From Flavobacteriaceae bacterium (GTDB taxonomy: Bacteria > Bacteroidota > Bacteroidia > Flavobacteriales > Flavobacteriaceae): 64,000 bases of DNA. Numbering within the stretch: position 1 is the first letter of the stretch; each line of letters starts with the position of its first letter. The stretch is from assembly GCA_041689245.1 (NCBI GenBank), contig JBDNGO010000115.1, positions 2,085-66,084 on the forward strand, written 5' to 3'. The position numbers and the translations under genes are program-made. Of the stretch, positions 1 to 10,430 are shown in pieces. Below the pieces are notes generated by a model. That model ran no database searches and was not told where the DNA came from. It saw only the letters and a program-made list of their open reading frames with translations.

Positions 1-579
1 CTTTCAGATGTTCATGGAAAAGCGGAATCTAATATGGTAGAAACGTTAGCGATTAGAACCATGAGTAAAGCAGAATACACCACTCAAAACATTGGTCATT
101 ACGGATTGGCTTTTAATTACTACAGCCACTTTACATCACCAATTAGACGGTATTCAGATGTAATGACACATAGGCTACTACAATATTATTTAGATGGCGG
201 AAACTCACCGAAAGCAGAGATTTACGAAGAAAAATGTAAACACTCTTCTCAAATGGAAGAACTTGCCTCTAAAGCAGAAAGGGATTCTATAAAATACATG
301 CAAGTAAAATACATGCAAGATCATAAAGACATGGAGTTTGAAGGTGTTATTTCTGGCGTAACAGAATGGGGTATTTATGTAGAAATTAAAGAAAATAAAT
401 GTGAAGGAATGGTTAGAATTAGAGATATAAAAAGCGATTATTATATTTTTGATGAAAAACAATACGCGATCGTTGGTCAGTCAACCAAAAAAACGCACCA
501 ATTAGGAGGTGATGTTGTGGTTAAAGTAAAGAAGACTGACTTAGAGCGAAAACATTTAGATTTTACACTAATAGAATAA
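1..579 (+). CDS. rnr: Ribonuclease R, C-terminal portion (5' end outside the window)
   Basis: The frame is open from base 1. It contains the RNB-domain motif HYGLAFNYYSHFTSPIRRYSDVMTHRLL, followed by an S1-type domain (FEGVISGVTEWGIYVEI...GMVRIRD). Confidence 0.85.
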   Translation, partial: LSDVHGKAESNMVETLAIRTMSKAEYTTQNIGHYGLAFNYYSHFTSPIRRYSDVMTHRLLQYYLDGGNSPKAEIYEEKCKHSSQMEELASKAERDSIKYMQVKYMQDHKDMEFEGVISGVTEWGIYVEIKENKCEGMVRIRDIKSDYYIFDEKQYAIVGQSTKKTHQLGGDVVVKVKKTDLERKHLDFTLIE

Positions 580-651
580 TAATTTTTAAGCACCTAAAAA
601 AAAAAGTATTATAGGAGCAGTTAAGCTAAAGAATTAATAAAAAGCTTTTTG

Positions 652-659
652 TATCTTTG
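652..659 (+). promoter_or_regulatory. TAnnTTTG (-7) box upstream of tatA
   Basis: TATCTTTG ends 17 nt before the ATG at 677. Confidence 0.35.
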
Positions 660-676
660 TTTTAAAATTAGAAATA

Positions 677-868
677 ATGAATTTATATAATATGATTTTG
701 TTTATAGGAATGCCACAAGTAATTATAATAATTGTGGTTGTTTTATTGCTTTTTGGTGGTAGAAAAATTCCTGAATTAATGAAAGGTTTAGGAGGCGGAA
801 TTAAAGAGTTTAAAAAAGCTTCTAAAGAAGAAGATGATGAAAAAGATAAAATAGAAGATAAAAAATAA
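677..868 (+). CDS. tatA: Twin-arginine translocase subunit TatA/E
   Basis: 63 aa with one N-terminal TM helix and then an amphipathic helix ([34 protein letters not shown]), ending in a charged tail. The true start may be an internal ATG at 692 or 710. Confidence 0.85.
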   Translation: MNLYNMILFIGMPQVIIIIVVVLLLFGGRKIPELMKGLGGGIKEFKKASKEEDDEKDKIEDKK

Positions 869-892
869 ACTTCTATCTAGCGAATGGATAAT

Positions 893-925
893 AAAAAAAC
901 TCAACGATATAATTGAGTTTTTTAT
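893..925. terminator. Bidirectional intrinsic terminator between tatA (+) and ybjQ (-)
   Basis: The stem ACTCAA (899-904) / TTGAGT (913-918) has an 8-nt loop. It is extended by an A7 run on the 5' side and a T6 run on the 3' side. Confidence 0.65.
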
Positions 926-932
926 TTTTAAT

Positions 933-1250
933 TTAAAATTTAACCGCAGTTCCAGAAGCTGTTACCATTAACATTCCGCCAGACTTACCAACAGTTTCAT
1001 AATCTAAATCTACACCAATTATAGCATCTGCACCTAGAACTTTTGCCTGGTATTGCATTTCTTTTAAAGCGGTATCCTTCGCTTCTCGTAAAACACTTTC
1101 ATAAGAACCAGATCTACCACCAACAATATCTCTAATTCCAGCAAAAAAATCTTTAAATAGATTGGCGCCAATAATCGTTTCTCCAGTAACAATACCTAAG
1201 TATTGCTTTACCTTGTGAGTTTCTAATGTGTTTGTTGTAGATACAATCAT
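933..1250 (-). CDS. ybjQ: YbjQ / UPF0145 family protein
   Basis: 105 aa that aligns along its length to the YbjQ pattern: [24 protein letters not shown]...[16 protein letters not shown]...[13 protein letters not shown]. Confidence 0.8.
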   Translation of the reverse strand: MIVSTTNTLETHKVKQYLGIVTGETIIGANLFKDFFAGIRDIVGGRSGSYESVLREAKDTALKEMQYQAKVLGADAIIGVDLDYETVGKSGGMLMVTASGTAVKF

Positions 1251-1255
1251 ATGTG

Positions 1256-2176
1256 TTATTCTTTTTTAGCCTTATTTTCTTTTATATTTTCACCTATTTG
1301 ATTTGTAGCAGCAAAACTAGCTACCATATCATTTAACATAGAACTTGCCGCATTTGGGTTGTTAGGCAGTAAAATTAAGTTACTATTTGCATGTGCACCA
1401 ATAGCTTGTAAGGTATCATAATGTTGTGTAACTACAATTAATGCAGATGCTTCTTGAGAGTTGATTCCTGCTCTATTTAATACCTCTACAGATTCTTCTA
1501 AACCACGGGCAATTTCTCTACGCTGATCTGCAATACCCTTACCTTGTAAACGCTTACTTTCTGCTTCTGCTTTTGCTCTTTCAACAATTAAAATACGTTG
1601 TGCGTCACCTTCATATTGTGCAGCTGTTTTTTCTCGATCTGCAGCATTAATTCTGTTCATTGCGGCTTTTACTTGAGAATCTGGATCAATATCTGTTACT
1701 AAGGTTTTGATAATGTCATATCCATAGTTTGACATTGCATCATTTAATTCTGTTTTTACAGCGATAGCAATATCATCTTTCTTAACAAAAACATCATCTA
1801 ATTTCATTTTAGGAACTTCTGCCCTAACAACATCAAAAACATAAGAAGTAATTTGATCGTGCGGATAATCTAGCTTATAAAAAGCATCATATACTTTTTC
1901 TTTAATAACCATAAACTGTACAGAAACTTTCAATTTTACAAAAACATCGTCTAATGTTTTGGTTTCTATAATTACATCTAATTGCTGAATTTTTAAACTG
2001 ATTCTTCCTGAAATTCTATCAAAAACAGGAATTTTTAATTGTAAACCAGAATGACGAATGCTAAGAAATTTACCAAAACGCTCAATAATTGCCGCTGTCT
2101 GTTGTTTAACGGTAAAAAAGGAAGCGAATAATATAAGAAAAATGGCCACTATTAATATAATAAATGTTGGATTCAT
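1256..2176 (-). CDS. SPFH / band-7 (stomatin-like) membrane protein
   Basis: N-terminal TM helix, then an SPFH-type core (IIERFGKF...[12 protein letters not shown]...) and an Ala/Glu/Arg-rich coiled-coil tail ([30 protein letters not shown]). Confidence 0.8.
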   Translation of the reverse strand: MNPTFIILIVAIFLILFASFFTVKQQTAAIIERFGKFLSIRHSGLQLKIPVFDRISGRISLKIQQLDVIIETKTLDDVFVKLKVSVQFMVIKEKVYDAFYKLDYPHDQITSYVFDVVRAEVPKMKLDDVFVKKDDIAIAVKTELNDAMSNYGYDIIKTLVTDIDPDSQVKAAMNRINAADREKTAAQYEGDAQRILIVERAKAEAESKRLQGKGIADQRREIARGLEESVEVLNRAGINSQEASALIVVTQHYDTLQAIGAHANSNLILLPNNPNAASSMLNDMVASFAATNQIGENIKENKAKKE

Positions 2177-2335
2177 GGTTTTTTTATTTTACGATTATAA
2201 ATTTTTATTAAAGATACAAATTTATATCTCCTAACTACTAGACGCAATTTTTAAAAAGTGTTACAATAAAAAGGGTCGTCATTTCTTTAGCTATTAGAAA
2301 TAATTTAAAATGTAGCCTATAATTAAGCGCTTTAA

Positions 2336-3091
2336 TTAAAAACTAAATGTAATTCCGTTTTCTAATTTATATTGTTCTTTTGGAATTCCTAAAACAGGAA
2401 AGGTGTCAAATTGATAAGAAAAAGTTGTAGTTAAGTCTAAACTCTTAAAAATAGATACTATTAATGAGGTTTCGCTAGATATTCTATAATCTCTAAACGC
2501 GTCTATTTTTGGTTGATAATAAGTTGTGCTTGATATGGTAATTGAATTTTTTGGACGTAAGCTAAAATAAAAATAAAAATCACCTCGGATATTTTTTTCA
2601 ATAACATCACCATTCACACCAACAGAATTTTCAAGTTCATACATTACTAATGTACCTAAATAAAAGCTGCTTTTTTTTGATTGAAAGATTTTATTTCGAG
2701 AACCTAAACCCGTTAAAGCTCTATAATTGATAAAAGAAATAAGGTCTCTTTGAAATTGAATAAAACTCTCAAAAACGTATTTTTGACGGAAGCGATAGTT
2801 ATACCTCAAATGCTGCACACTTTCATTTGAAAGCTCTATATTATTAACCTTGTTAAATTCAACCTTATTAAAAAAAAGGAAGGTGTTTTTTTTAAAGGAA
2901 TATTGTAGTGTTAGATCACTGCTTATTGTAAATTCTTTGTTTACATTTTTAACTAACTCAATGTCTAAGCCAGCTTTCCCTACAAAACGAATAGAGTCAG
3001 TAGATTTTCTTAAGCCTTCTACATTTACTATCTGAGAACTAAGTAAAAAACAAAAGGATAAAAAAAATAAAAAAATAAACTTTTTAAGCAC
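2336..3091 (-). CDS. Putative outer-membrane beta-barrel protein (DUF481-like)
   Basis: Signal peptide (MLKKFIFLFFLSFCFLLSSQ), alternating-hydrophobic beta-strand pattern throughout, and a C-terminal aromatic residue (...ENGITFSF). Confidence 0.5.
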   Translation of the reverse strand: MLKKFIFLFFLSFCFLLSSQIVNVEGLRKSTDSIRFVGKAGLDIELVKNVNKEFTISSDLTLQYSFKKNTFLFFNKVEFNKVNNIELSNESVQHLRYNYRFRQKYVFESFIQFQRDLISFINYRALTGLGSRNKIFQSKKSSFYLGTLVMYELENSVGVNGDVIEKNIRGDFYFYFSLRPKNSITISSTTYYQPKIDAFRDYRISSETSLIVSIFKSLDLTTTFSYQFDTFPVLGIPKEQYKLENGITFSF

Positions 3092-3094
3092 GAT

Positions 3095-4684
3095 TTATTT
3101 TATTGATAAATTTTTAACAGCTTTTAGAATTCGACGGATGGTTTCTTCTTTCCCAATCATTTCAATAACATCAAATAAATGCGGTCCTTTTAAAGCGCCA
3201 ACCAAACTTAATCGCAAAGGTTGCATTACTTTACCAAAACCGATTTCTTTATTAGCAATCCACTCTTTAATTTCTTTTTCTGTATTTATTGATGAAAAGT
3301 CTTGTATTTTTTCAAGAACGGCAATTAACTCATTCATTAACGAGTCCGTCTCTGGCTTCCAGTTCTTTTTAGAAGCTTTATCATCGTATAAAGCTGGCGC
3401 TTGAAAAAAGAAATTAGCTAATTCCCAAAAATCTGACACAAAAACAGCTCTTTCCTTAATTAATGAAACTACTTTTTGAACGTATTTTTTATCGTGATTA
3501 TGAGCAGTTTTTGACGAAGTAATCTCATTATTATCAAGAGATTTCTTCATTTCATTCGCAATGGCACTTAATTTTGTATTCAGAATTGACAAAAACAACT
3601 CAGTTAATTCTTCATCAGACTTTGTTTGCATGTATTGCTGATTAAACCAATTTGTTTTATCGGGACTAAATTTTGCTCCAGATTTACTAACTCTTTTTAA
3701 ATCAAACACTTGTACTAATTCTTCTAATGAAAAAAGCTCTTGCTCTGTTCCTGGATTCCATCCCAATAAAGCCAACATATTTATAAAAGCATCAGCAAAA
3801 TAACCATCTTCTTTATATCCGCGAGAAACATCGCCGGTTTGGTCGTTTTTATATTCTAAAGGAAACACAGGGAAACCTAATTTATCACCATCACGTTTGC
3901 TTAATTTTCCTTTTCCAATAGGTTTTAAAATTAAAGGCAAATGAGCAAATTTAGGCGCATTCCAATCAAAAGCTTTGTATAATAAAACGTGTAACGGCAT
4001 TGATGGCAACCATTCTTCTCCTCGAATAACATGACTAATTTCCATTAAATGATCATCTACAATATTCGCTAAATGGTAGGTTGGCATTCCGTCTGATTTA
4101 AACAAAACCTTATCATCTAACGTATTGGTGTCAATCTTAATAGATCCACGAATTTCATCATTTATTAGTAAAGATTCGTCTTGTGGAATTTTAAAACGGA
4201 TTACATAATTTTCTCCAGCATTTAATTTTGCATCAACTTCTTCTTTAGATAGGCTTAAAGAATTGTTTAATTTTTGTCTATTATGCCAATTATAAATAAA
4301 TGTTTTTCCTTTTTCTTCGTGATCTTTTCTATGAAAATCTAACTGTTCTGAAGAATCAAAAGCATAATACGCCCACCCTTTTTCTATTAAAGTATCGGCA
4401 TATTTTTTATAGATTTCTTTACGTTCAGATTGTCTGTAAGGACCAAATTTTTCGTTTTTATTAGGGCCTTCATCAAAAGGGATATTGCACCAATTTAACG
4501 CATTAATAATATATTGTTCTGCGTTTGCAACATAACGCGTTTGATCTGTATCTTCTATGCGCAACACAAAAGTTCCGCCATGTTTTTTAGCAAATAAGTA
4601 ATTAAATAAAGCGGTTCTTACACCACCAATATGTAGTGGTCCGGTAGGACTTGGGGCAAAACGAACGCGAACAGTAGATTCCAT
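3095..4684 (-). CDS. gltX: Glutamate--tRNA ligase
   Basis: Class I HIGH region RFAPSPTGPLHIGGVRTALFNYLFAKKHGGTFVLRIEDTDQTR and a KMSKS-like KLSKR motif. 529 aa. Confidence 0.95.
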   Translation of the reverse strand: MESTVRVRFAPSPTGPLHIGGVRTALFNYLFAKKHGGTFVLRIEDTDQTRYVANAEQYIINALNWCNIPFDEGPNKNEKFGPYRQSERKEIYKKYADTLIEKGWAYYAFDSSEQLDFHRKDHEEKGKTFIYNWHNRQKLNNSLSLSKEEVDAKLNAGENYVIRFKIPQDESLLINDEIRGSIKIDTNTLDDKVLFKSDGMPTYHLANIVDDHLMEISHVIRGEEWLPSMPLHVLLYKAFDWNAPKFAHLPLILKPIGKGKLSKRDGDKLGFPVFPLEYKNDQTGDVSRGYKEDGYFADAFINMLALLGWNPGTEQELFSLEELVQVFDLKRVSKSGAKFSPDKTNWFNQQYMQTKSDEELTELFLSILNTKLSAIANEMKKSLDNNEITSSKTAHNHDKKYVQKVVSLIKERAVFVSDFWELANFFFQAPALYDDKASKKNWKPETDSLMNELIAVLEKIQDFSSINTEKEIKEWIANKEIGFGKVMQPLRLSLVGALKGPHLFDVIEMIGKEETIRRILKAVKNLSIK

Positions 4685-4815
4685 TTTTTTATTTTTTCTT
4701 GGGGCAAAGATACTTTAGTTTATAATGATAAAAAAGCGATATTATAAATGCTTTGTTAAGGTTTAACAGTTTCTTTCTATAAAAATATTTTTAAAAGACT
4801 ATTTTTATTGACTAC

Positions 4816-7800
4816 ATGAAGAATACATATAAAAACATTGAACAAAAGCTACATCAATTTGTTCGAAAATTTTACATAAACGAATTAATAAAAGGAACTA
4901 TTTTGTTTCTTTCATTAGGATTTTTGTATTTTTTTTTCACGCTTTTTATAGAGTATTTTTTATGGCTCCAGCCAACAGCAAGAACAGTTCTTTTTTGGCT
5001 GTTTATTTTAGTTGAATTGTATTTATTATTCCATTTTATTTTAACACCAACCTTTAAATTAATAGGTTTAAAAAAAGGAATTTCATTTACAGAATCTTCT
5101 AAAATTATAGGTTCTCATTTTACAGAAGTAAGCGATAAGCTAATTAATGTTTTACAACTCAAAGAATCTTCACATCAATCAGATTTATTATTGGCAAGTA
5201 TCGAGCAAAAATCTAAAGAATTACAGCCAATTCCCTTTGCAAAAGCAGTTAACTTTAAAACAAATACAAAGTATTTAAAATACGCGGCAATTCCAGTAAT
5301 TATTTGGTTACTAATTACTATTACAGGCAACTTTAACATGTTTAACACATCTTTTAAAAGAGTTGTAAACTATAGAACTGCATTTTTGCCACCAGCACCG
5401 TTTTCGTTTCATTTGATAAATGCTGATTTAAAAGTGATTCAAGGAAAACCGTTTACGCTGGAGTTTAAAACGAAAGGAAAAGTTAGGCCAACAGATGTAA
5501 CTATTTTTTATAACCATCAAAGTTATTTTTTACAGAACCAAAACGGAATATTTTCCTACACTTTTACGGACACTAAAAAGGATATTAATTTTTATGTAGA
5601 AGCAAACGAAATTACTTCAGAAAAGTATCGATTGAATGTTGTTAAAACACCAACAATTCAGAATATTTATATAGACTTACAGTATCCAAAGTATATTAAC
5701 AAAAAAAACGAAACCATTAATAACACCAGAACTATTTTAATTCCTGAAGGGACAAAAACCACGTGGAACGTTGCCACAAATCAAACGGATTCGGTTGCTT
5801 TTATTTTAGACAATAATCAATATAATTTTAGGCAATCAAAAACAAACTTTTTCACATATTCTAAACGGGTTTTAAAAACGTTTAAGTATCAAATAGCAAC
5901 ATCAAATTATGAGTTAAAAGAGTTTGAAAAACTATATTTTAAAGTTGATGTTGTAAGGGATGAATTTCCAGAAATAGAAGTGCTGTCTGATATTGATAGT
6001 GTATCGAGCAACAGAGCGCAATTTGTGGGTGAATTTTCTGATGATTATGGAATTAGAAAATTAGAAGTTGTTTTTTATGATGCCGAAAATCCAATTGAAA
6101 TAACGATAAAAAAAATTGAGTTAGATAAAGGAGAAAATCAAATGTTCTACTTTTCTTTTCCGGGAGATTTAGAAATAAAAAAAGGAGTTGATTACGAAAT
6201 TTATTTTCAGGTTTTTGATAATGATGGCATTAACGGAAGTAAAAAAAGTAAAAGTAAAAAATTTAGTTTTAGAAACAAATCTGACAATGAAATTGAAGCA
6301 GCAGCTGTTTTACAGCAACGTAAACAAATAAAATCAATAGAAAACACGCTTTTAAAAAGGCAAGAAGAAAAGAAAGAATTAGAAGAAATTAAGCAAAACC
6401 TTCAGAACAATAAAAATGTTAATTGGAACGATAAAAAGAAGATAGACAATTATATAAAACGTCAAGAACAATATAAACAAATGATGCAGCGTCAAACAGA
6501 TAAACTGCAAGAAAACATTAAAGATTTACCAAAAGATCCTGAAACCATAAAAGAAAAGAAAGAGCAACTTAAAAAAAGAATAGAAGAACTTAAAAAGTTA
6601 GAAAAAGAACAAAAGTTGTTGGAGGAATTAAAAAAGCTTGCAGAAAAATTAAATAAAGAGGATTTGCTTCAAAAAGTGAAGCAATTAACAGAACAAAACA
6701 AACAGCAAGAACGTAGTTTAGAACGCATATTAGAGCTTACAAAAAGATTTTATGTTGAGCAAAAAACCATGCAAATAGCTAACAAATTAGACGAACTTTC
6801 TAAAAAACAAGACAGCATTGTAAAGTCACCAAAATCAGATTTAAATAGCCAAAAAGAGATAAAGAAAGAATTTAAAGAACTTCAAAATGAACTAAATAAC
6901 CTAGACCAAGACAACAAAGCATTGAAAGAACCGATGCAAATCCCAGACACAAAAGAAGAGCAAAAAGAAGTAAACAATCAGTTAAACAAAGCGGAACAGA
7001 ATAATCAATCAGATACAAATCAACAAAATAAAAGTCTAAAAAAAGCTGCTCAAAAAATGCAAGAAATGAGCCAGAAAATGCAACAAGCAATGTCTGATAT
7101 GGAAGGCGAAATGAAAGAGGCTAGCGAAAAATCGTTACGCATCATTTTAGAAAATTTATTAAATTTTTCTTTTAAGCAAGAAAGCTTAATGAATAAGTTT
7201 TCTGAGCTAGATGTTGCACATCCAGATTTTGGTAAAGAGCTAAAAAGCCAAAACACGTTAAAAACGTATTTAGAACACATAGATGATAGCTTATATGTCT
7301 TGTCGATGCGTTTGCCAGAGATATCAACAATTGTACAAAAAGACCTTACAAACATGCATTATAATTTAGAGCAATCGTTAGAGAATTTTGCAGAAAACAG
7401 ATTTAATAACGGTTTGTCTAATCAGCAATATGTAATGACCTCTGTTAATAATTTAGCAGATTTTTTAAGTAATATTTTAGACAATATGCAACAACCAAAA
7501 ATATCTAAAACAGGTAAAGGAAAAAAAGGAGAAAATTCGTTTAGTCTACCAGATATTATTAAAAAACAAGAAGACGTTGTTAAAAAAATGCAGCAAGGCA
7601 ATAAAAAAAGTCAGCAAGAAAACACTGAAAAGAAGGGGGAAAGTAAAGGAAATAGAAACAATGATTTAGACGGAGAATTATATAAAACATATCAAGAGCA
7701 ATCTCAATTAAGGCAAGAATTGGAGGACGCACTTAAAAGGAATGGTTTAGGGAATAATTCAGAAGCAAATAAAGTGCTAAAATCTATGGAAGAACTAGAA

Positions 7801-8094
7801 AACGAAATTCTAGAAAAAGGATTTAATCGCGTAACGCTTCAAAAAATGCAGCAACTTAAATACAATCTGTTAAAACTAGATAAAGCAGTTTTTGAACAGG
7901 AGAGTGACACTAAAAGAAAATCGACTTCTAATCAACAAAAAGATAAATCAAACAACGCTAAACTGTTGATTAAAAAACTGTTTTACAATCAAACAGAAAT
8001 ATTAAATAGACAATCATTACCTTTGCAAAAAAATTACAAGAAGAAAGTACAAGAGTATTTTAGTAATTTAAAAAGTAAAAAGAAAAGTGATTGA
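4816..8094 (+). CDS. Large membrane-anchored protein with a beta-rich middle and a long Lys/Glu/Gln coiled-coil region (DUF4175-like); function unknown
   Basis: 1092-aa uninterrupted ORF. Three hydrophobic helices lie in the first ~180 aa. Roughly aa 490-770 is dominated by K/E/Q heptad-like sequence. The stop overlaps the ybeY start by 8 nt. Confidence 0.6.
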   Translation: MKNTYKNIEQKLHQFVRKFYINELIKGTILFLSLGFLYFFFTLFIEYFLWLQPTARTVLFWLFILVELYLLFHFILTPTFKLIGLKKGISFTESSKIIGSHFTEVSDKLINVLQLKESSHQSDLLLASIEQKSKELQPIPFAKAVNFKTNTKYLKYAAIPVIIWLLITITGNFNMFNTSFKRVVNYRTAFLPPAPFSFHLINADLKVIQGKPFTLEFKTKGKVRPTDVTIFYNHQSYFLQNQNGIFSYTFTDTKKDINFYVEANEITSEKYRLNVVKTPTIQNIYIDLQYPKYINKKNETINNTRTILIPEGTKTTWNVATNQTDSVAFILDNNQYNFRQSKTNFFTYSKRVLKTFKYQIATSNYELKEFEKLYFKVDVVRDEFPEIEVLSDIDSVSSNRAQFVGEFSDDYGIRKLEVVFYDAENPIEITIKKIELDKGENQMFYFSFPGDLEIKKGVDYEIYFQVFDNDGINGSKKSKSKKFSFRNKSDNEIEAAAVLQQRKQIKSIENTLLKRQEEKKELEEIKQNLQNNKNVNWNDKKKIDNYIKRQEQYKQMMQRQTDKLQENIKDLPKDPETIKEKKEQLKKRIEELKKLEKEQKLLEELKKLAEKLNKEDLLQKVKQLTEQNKQQERSLERILELTKRFYVEQKTMQIANKLDELSKKQDSIVKSPKSDLNSQKEIKKEFKELQNELNNLDQDNKALKEPMQIPDTKEEQKEVNNQLNKAEQNNQSDTNQQNKSLKKAAQKMQEMSQKMQQAMSDMEGEMKEASEKSLRIILENLLNFSFKQESLMNKFSELDVAHPDFGKELKSQNTLKTYLEHIDDSLYVLSMRLPEISTIVQKDLTNMHYNLEQSLENFAENRFNNGLSNQQYVMTSVNNLADFLSNILDNMQQPKISKTGKGKKGENSFSLPDIIKKQEDVVKKMQQGNKKSQQENTEKKGESKGNRNNDLDGELYKTYQEQSQLRQELEDALKRNGLGNNSEANKVLKSMEELENEILEKGFNRVTLQKMQQLKYNLLKLDKAVFEQESDTKRKSTSNQQKDKSNNAKLLIKKLFYNQTEILNRQSLPLQKNYKKKVQEYFSNLKSKKKSD

Positions 8095-8500
8095 GTTTAA
8101 TTACGAAACAAATTTTAAACTAACCAACGAAACACAACTTGCTAATTGGATAGGAAGCTGTATTCAAAAGGACGGATTTAAGATTGGAGAAATTAATTAT
8201 ATTTTTTGTGATGACACTTATTTACATAAATTAAACATAGAGTTTTTACAACACGACACCTATACTGATATTATTAGTTTTGATAATACTTTAGGTAAAA
8301 TTATCAGCGGAGATATTTTTATTTCCGTAGAAAGAGTTAAAGAGAACTCTATAACATTTAATTCTTCTTTCAATTTAGAGTTATATAGAGTTATGATTCA
8401 TGGCGTTTTGCACTACATGGACCATAAAGATAAATCAGAAGAAGAAAAGCAATTAATGCGAGAAAAAGAAAACGAATGTTTAGGAGAACTAAACTACTGA
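8087..8500 (+). CDS. ybeY: rRNA maturation endoribonuclease YbeY
   Basis: 137 aa with the metal-binding His cluster MIHGVLHYMDHKD near the C-terminus. GTG start. The ybeY-mnmG arrangement is plausible. Confidence 0.8.
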   Translation: MIEFNYETNFKLTNETQLANWIGSCIQKDGFKIGEINYIFCDDTYLHKLNIEFLQHDTYTDIISFDNTLGKIISGDIFISVERVKENSITFNSSFNLELYRVMIHGVLHYMDHKDKSEEEKQLMREKENECLGELNY

Positions 8501-8523
8501 TCTTCAGTTAAATAAGAATAAAT

Positions 8524-8539
8524 AGTTTCACGTGAAACA
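8524..8539. promoter_or_regulatory. parS-like ParB-binding site
   Basis: AGTTTCACGTGAAACA matches the canonical parS consensus TGTTNCACGTGAAACA at 15 of 16 positions. The inner 14 bp is a perfect palindrome. It lies in the 45-bp gap between ybeY and mnmG. Confidence 0.6.
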
Positions 8540-8545
8540 TACAAT

Positions 8546-10423
8546 ATGAGTCTTTTTTCAACAACATATGATGTAATAGTAATTGGTGCCGGTCACGCAG
8601 GAAGTGAAGCGGCAGCAGCAAGCGCAAATATGGGAGCGCATACATTGCTGATAACAATGAGTTTGCAAAATATTGCGCAAATGAGTTGTAATCCTGCAAT
8701 GGGAGGAATTGCAAAAGGACAAATTGTTCGTGAAATAGATGCGTTGGGCGGGTATAGCGGAATTGTTACAGATAAAACAGCTATTCAGTTTAAAATGTTG
8801 AACAAATCTAAAGGGCCGGCAATGTGGAGTCCAAGAGCACAGTCTGATAGAATGCGTTTTTCTGAAGAATGGAGAAAAGTTTTAGAACAAAGAGAAAACT
8901 TAGATTTTTATCAAGACTCTGTTAATGGATTGTTGTTTGATGGGGATAAAATTATTGGTGTAAAAACCGTTTTAGGGTTAGAAATAAAATCTAAAACTGT
9001 AATTATTACAGCAGGAACTTTTTTAAACGGATTAATTCATATTGGAGAAAAAACGTTTGGAGGCGGAAGATCAGGAGAACGAGCTTCTACAGGAATTACA
9101 GAGGATTTAGTTAAAAAAGGCTTTGAAGCAGGAAGAATGAAAACAGGAACACCTCCAAGAGTTGATGCGCGTTCTTTAGATTTTTCTAAAATGACCGAAC
9201 AACCTGGGGATGAAAATCCACAAAAATTTTCATACTTACCAACAACAAAACCATTAACAAAACAACGCTCTTGTTATTTAACATATACAAATCAAAAAGT
9301 TCATGATTTATTAAGAGAAGGCTTTGATAGATCTCCAATGTTTAACGGAAGAATTAAATCTACAGGGCCAAGATACTGTCCTTCTGTAGAAGATAAAATT
9401 GATCGTTTTGCATCAAAAGACAGGCATCAGATGTTTATTGAGCCAGAAGGTTGGGATACGGTCGAAATTTATGTAAACGGATTTTCCACATCATTACCAG
9501 AAGATGTTCAAGACAAAGCAATCCGATCTGTTGCAGGATTTGAAAAGGTGAAGTTTTTACGTTATGGGTATGCCATAGAATATGATTATTTTCCACCAAC
9601 ACAATTAACGCATTCATTAGAAACAAAGTTGATAAAAAATTTATTTTTTGCTGGTCAAATTAACGGAACTACAGGTTATGAAGAGGCCGCTTCACAAGGA
9701 TTGATGGCAGGGATAAACGCGGCGTTAAAAACTCAAAATAAAGAGCCTTTTATTTTAAAAAGAAACGAGGCTTATATTGGTGTTTTAATAGATGATTTAA
9801 TAACAAAAGGTACAGAAGAGCCTTATAGAATGTTTACTTCTAGAGCGGAATATAGAACCTTATTAAGACAAGATAATGCGGATTTAAGGCTAACTCCAAG
9901 ATCTTATGAAATAGGGTTGGCTTCTGAAGAAAGAATGAAACTCGTTATAGAAAAGAGAGAAAAAACAGAATTAATGATTGCTTTTTTAACTAATTTAAGT
10001 GTTAAAAAAGAAGAATTAAATAGCATTCTAGAAAAGAAAAATTTAGCTCTGGTTAATCAATCTATGAAATTATTTAAAGTTGCGGCAAGACCACAATTAG
10101 AGTTTTCGGACTTTGTTCATTTAACTAAATTAAGTAGTTTTATTTCTGATCACAATATCAATTCGGATGTCATCGAGCAAGTAGAAATATATTTAAAGTA
10201 TTCTGGATATATAGAAAAAGAAAAGAACAACGCAGACAAGTTAAATAGATTAGAAAATGTTACAATTCCCCAAACTTTTGATTATTCAAAAGTAAAATCC
10301 CTTTCTTTTGAGGCAAGAGAAAAGCTGACTAAAATTAAACCAACTTCTATTTCGCAAGCAAGTAGAATTAGTGGAGTTTCGCCAAGTGATGTTTCAGTTT
10401 TACTGGTTTATATGGGAAGATAA
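8546..10423 (+). CDS. mnmG: tRNA uridine 5-carboxymethylaminomethyl modification enzyme MnmG (GidA)
   Basis: FAD-binding N-terminus YDVIVIGAGHAGSEAA, NPAMGGIAKGQIVREIDALGG and GPRYCPSVEDKI. 625 aa. Confidence 0.97.
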   Translation: MSLFSTTYDVIVIGAGHAGSEAAAASANMGAHTLLITMSLQNIAQMSCNPAMGGIAKGQIVREIDALGGYSGIVTDKTAIQFKMLNKSKGPAMWSPRAQSDRMRFSEEWRKVLEQRENLDFYQDSVNGLLFDGDKIIGVKTVLGLEIKSKTVIITAGTFLNGLIHIGEKTFGGGRSGERASTGITEDLVKKGFEAGRMKTGTPPRVDARSLDFSKMTEQPGDENPQKFSYLPTTKPLTKQRSCYLTYTNQKVHDLLREGFDRSPMFNGRIKSTGPRYCPSVEDKIDRFASKDRHQMFIEPEGWDTVEIYVNGFSTSLPEDVQDKAIRSVAGFEKVKFLRYGYAIEYDYFPPTQLTHSLETKLIKNLFFAGQINGTTGYEEAASQGLMAGINAALKTQNKEPFILKRNEAYIGVLIDDLITKGTEEPYRMFTSRAEYRTLLRQDNADLRLTPRSYEIGLASEERMKLVIEKREKTELMIAFLTNLSVKKEELNSILEKKNLALVNQSMKLFKVAARPQLEFSDFVHLTKLSSFISDHNINSDVIEQVEIYLKYSGYIEKEKNNADKLNRLENVTIPQTFDYSKVKSLSFEAREKLTKIKPTSISQASRISGVSPSDVSVLLVYMGR

Positions 10424-10430
10424 AAACACA

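Noticed and set aside
5755-5770. A CACGTGGAAC half-site that looked like a fourth parS.
   Set aside because: Only the right arm matches. The left arm (AAAAC) has no similarity, and the site lies inside a CDS.
6290-7100. Apparent DNA-level tandem repeats in the K/E/Q-rich part of the 1092-aa gene.
   Set aside because: The repetitiveness is compositional (AAA/GAA/CAA codons). I could not find exact or near-exact repeat units.
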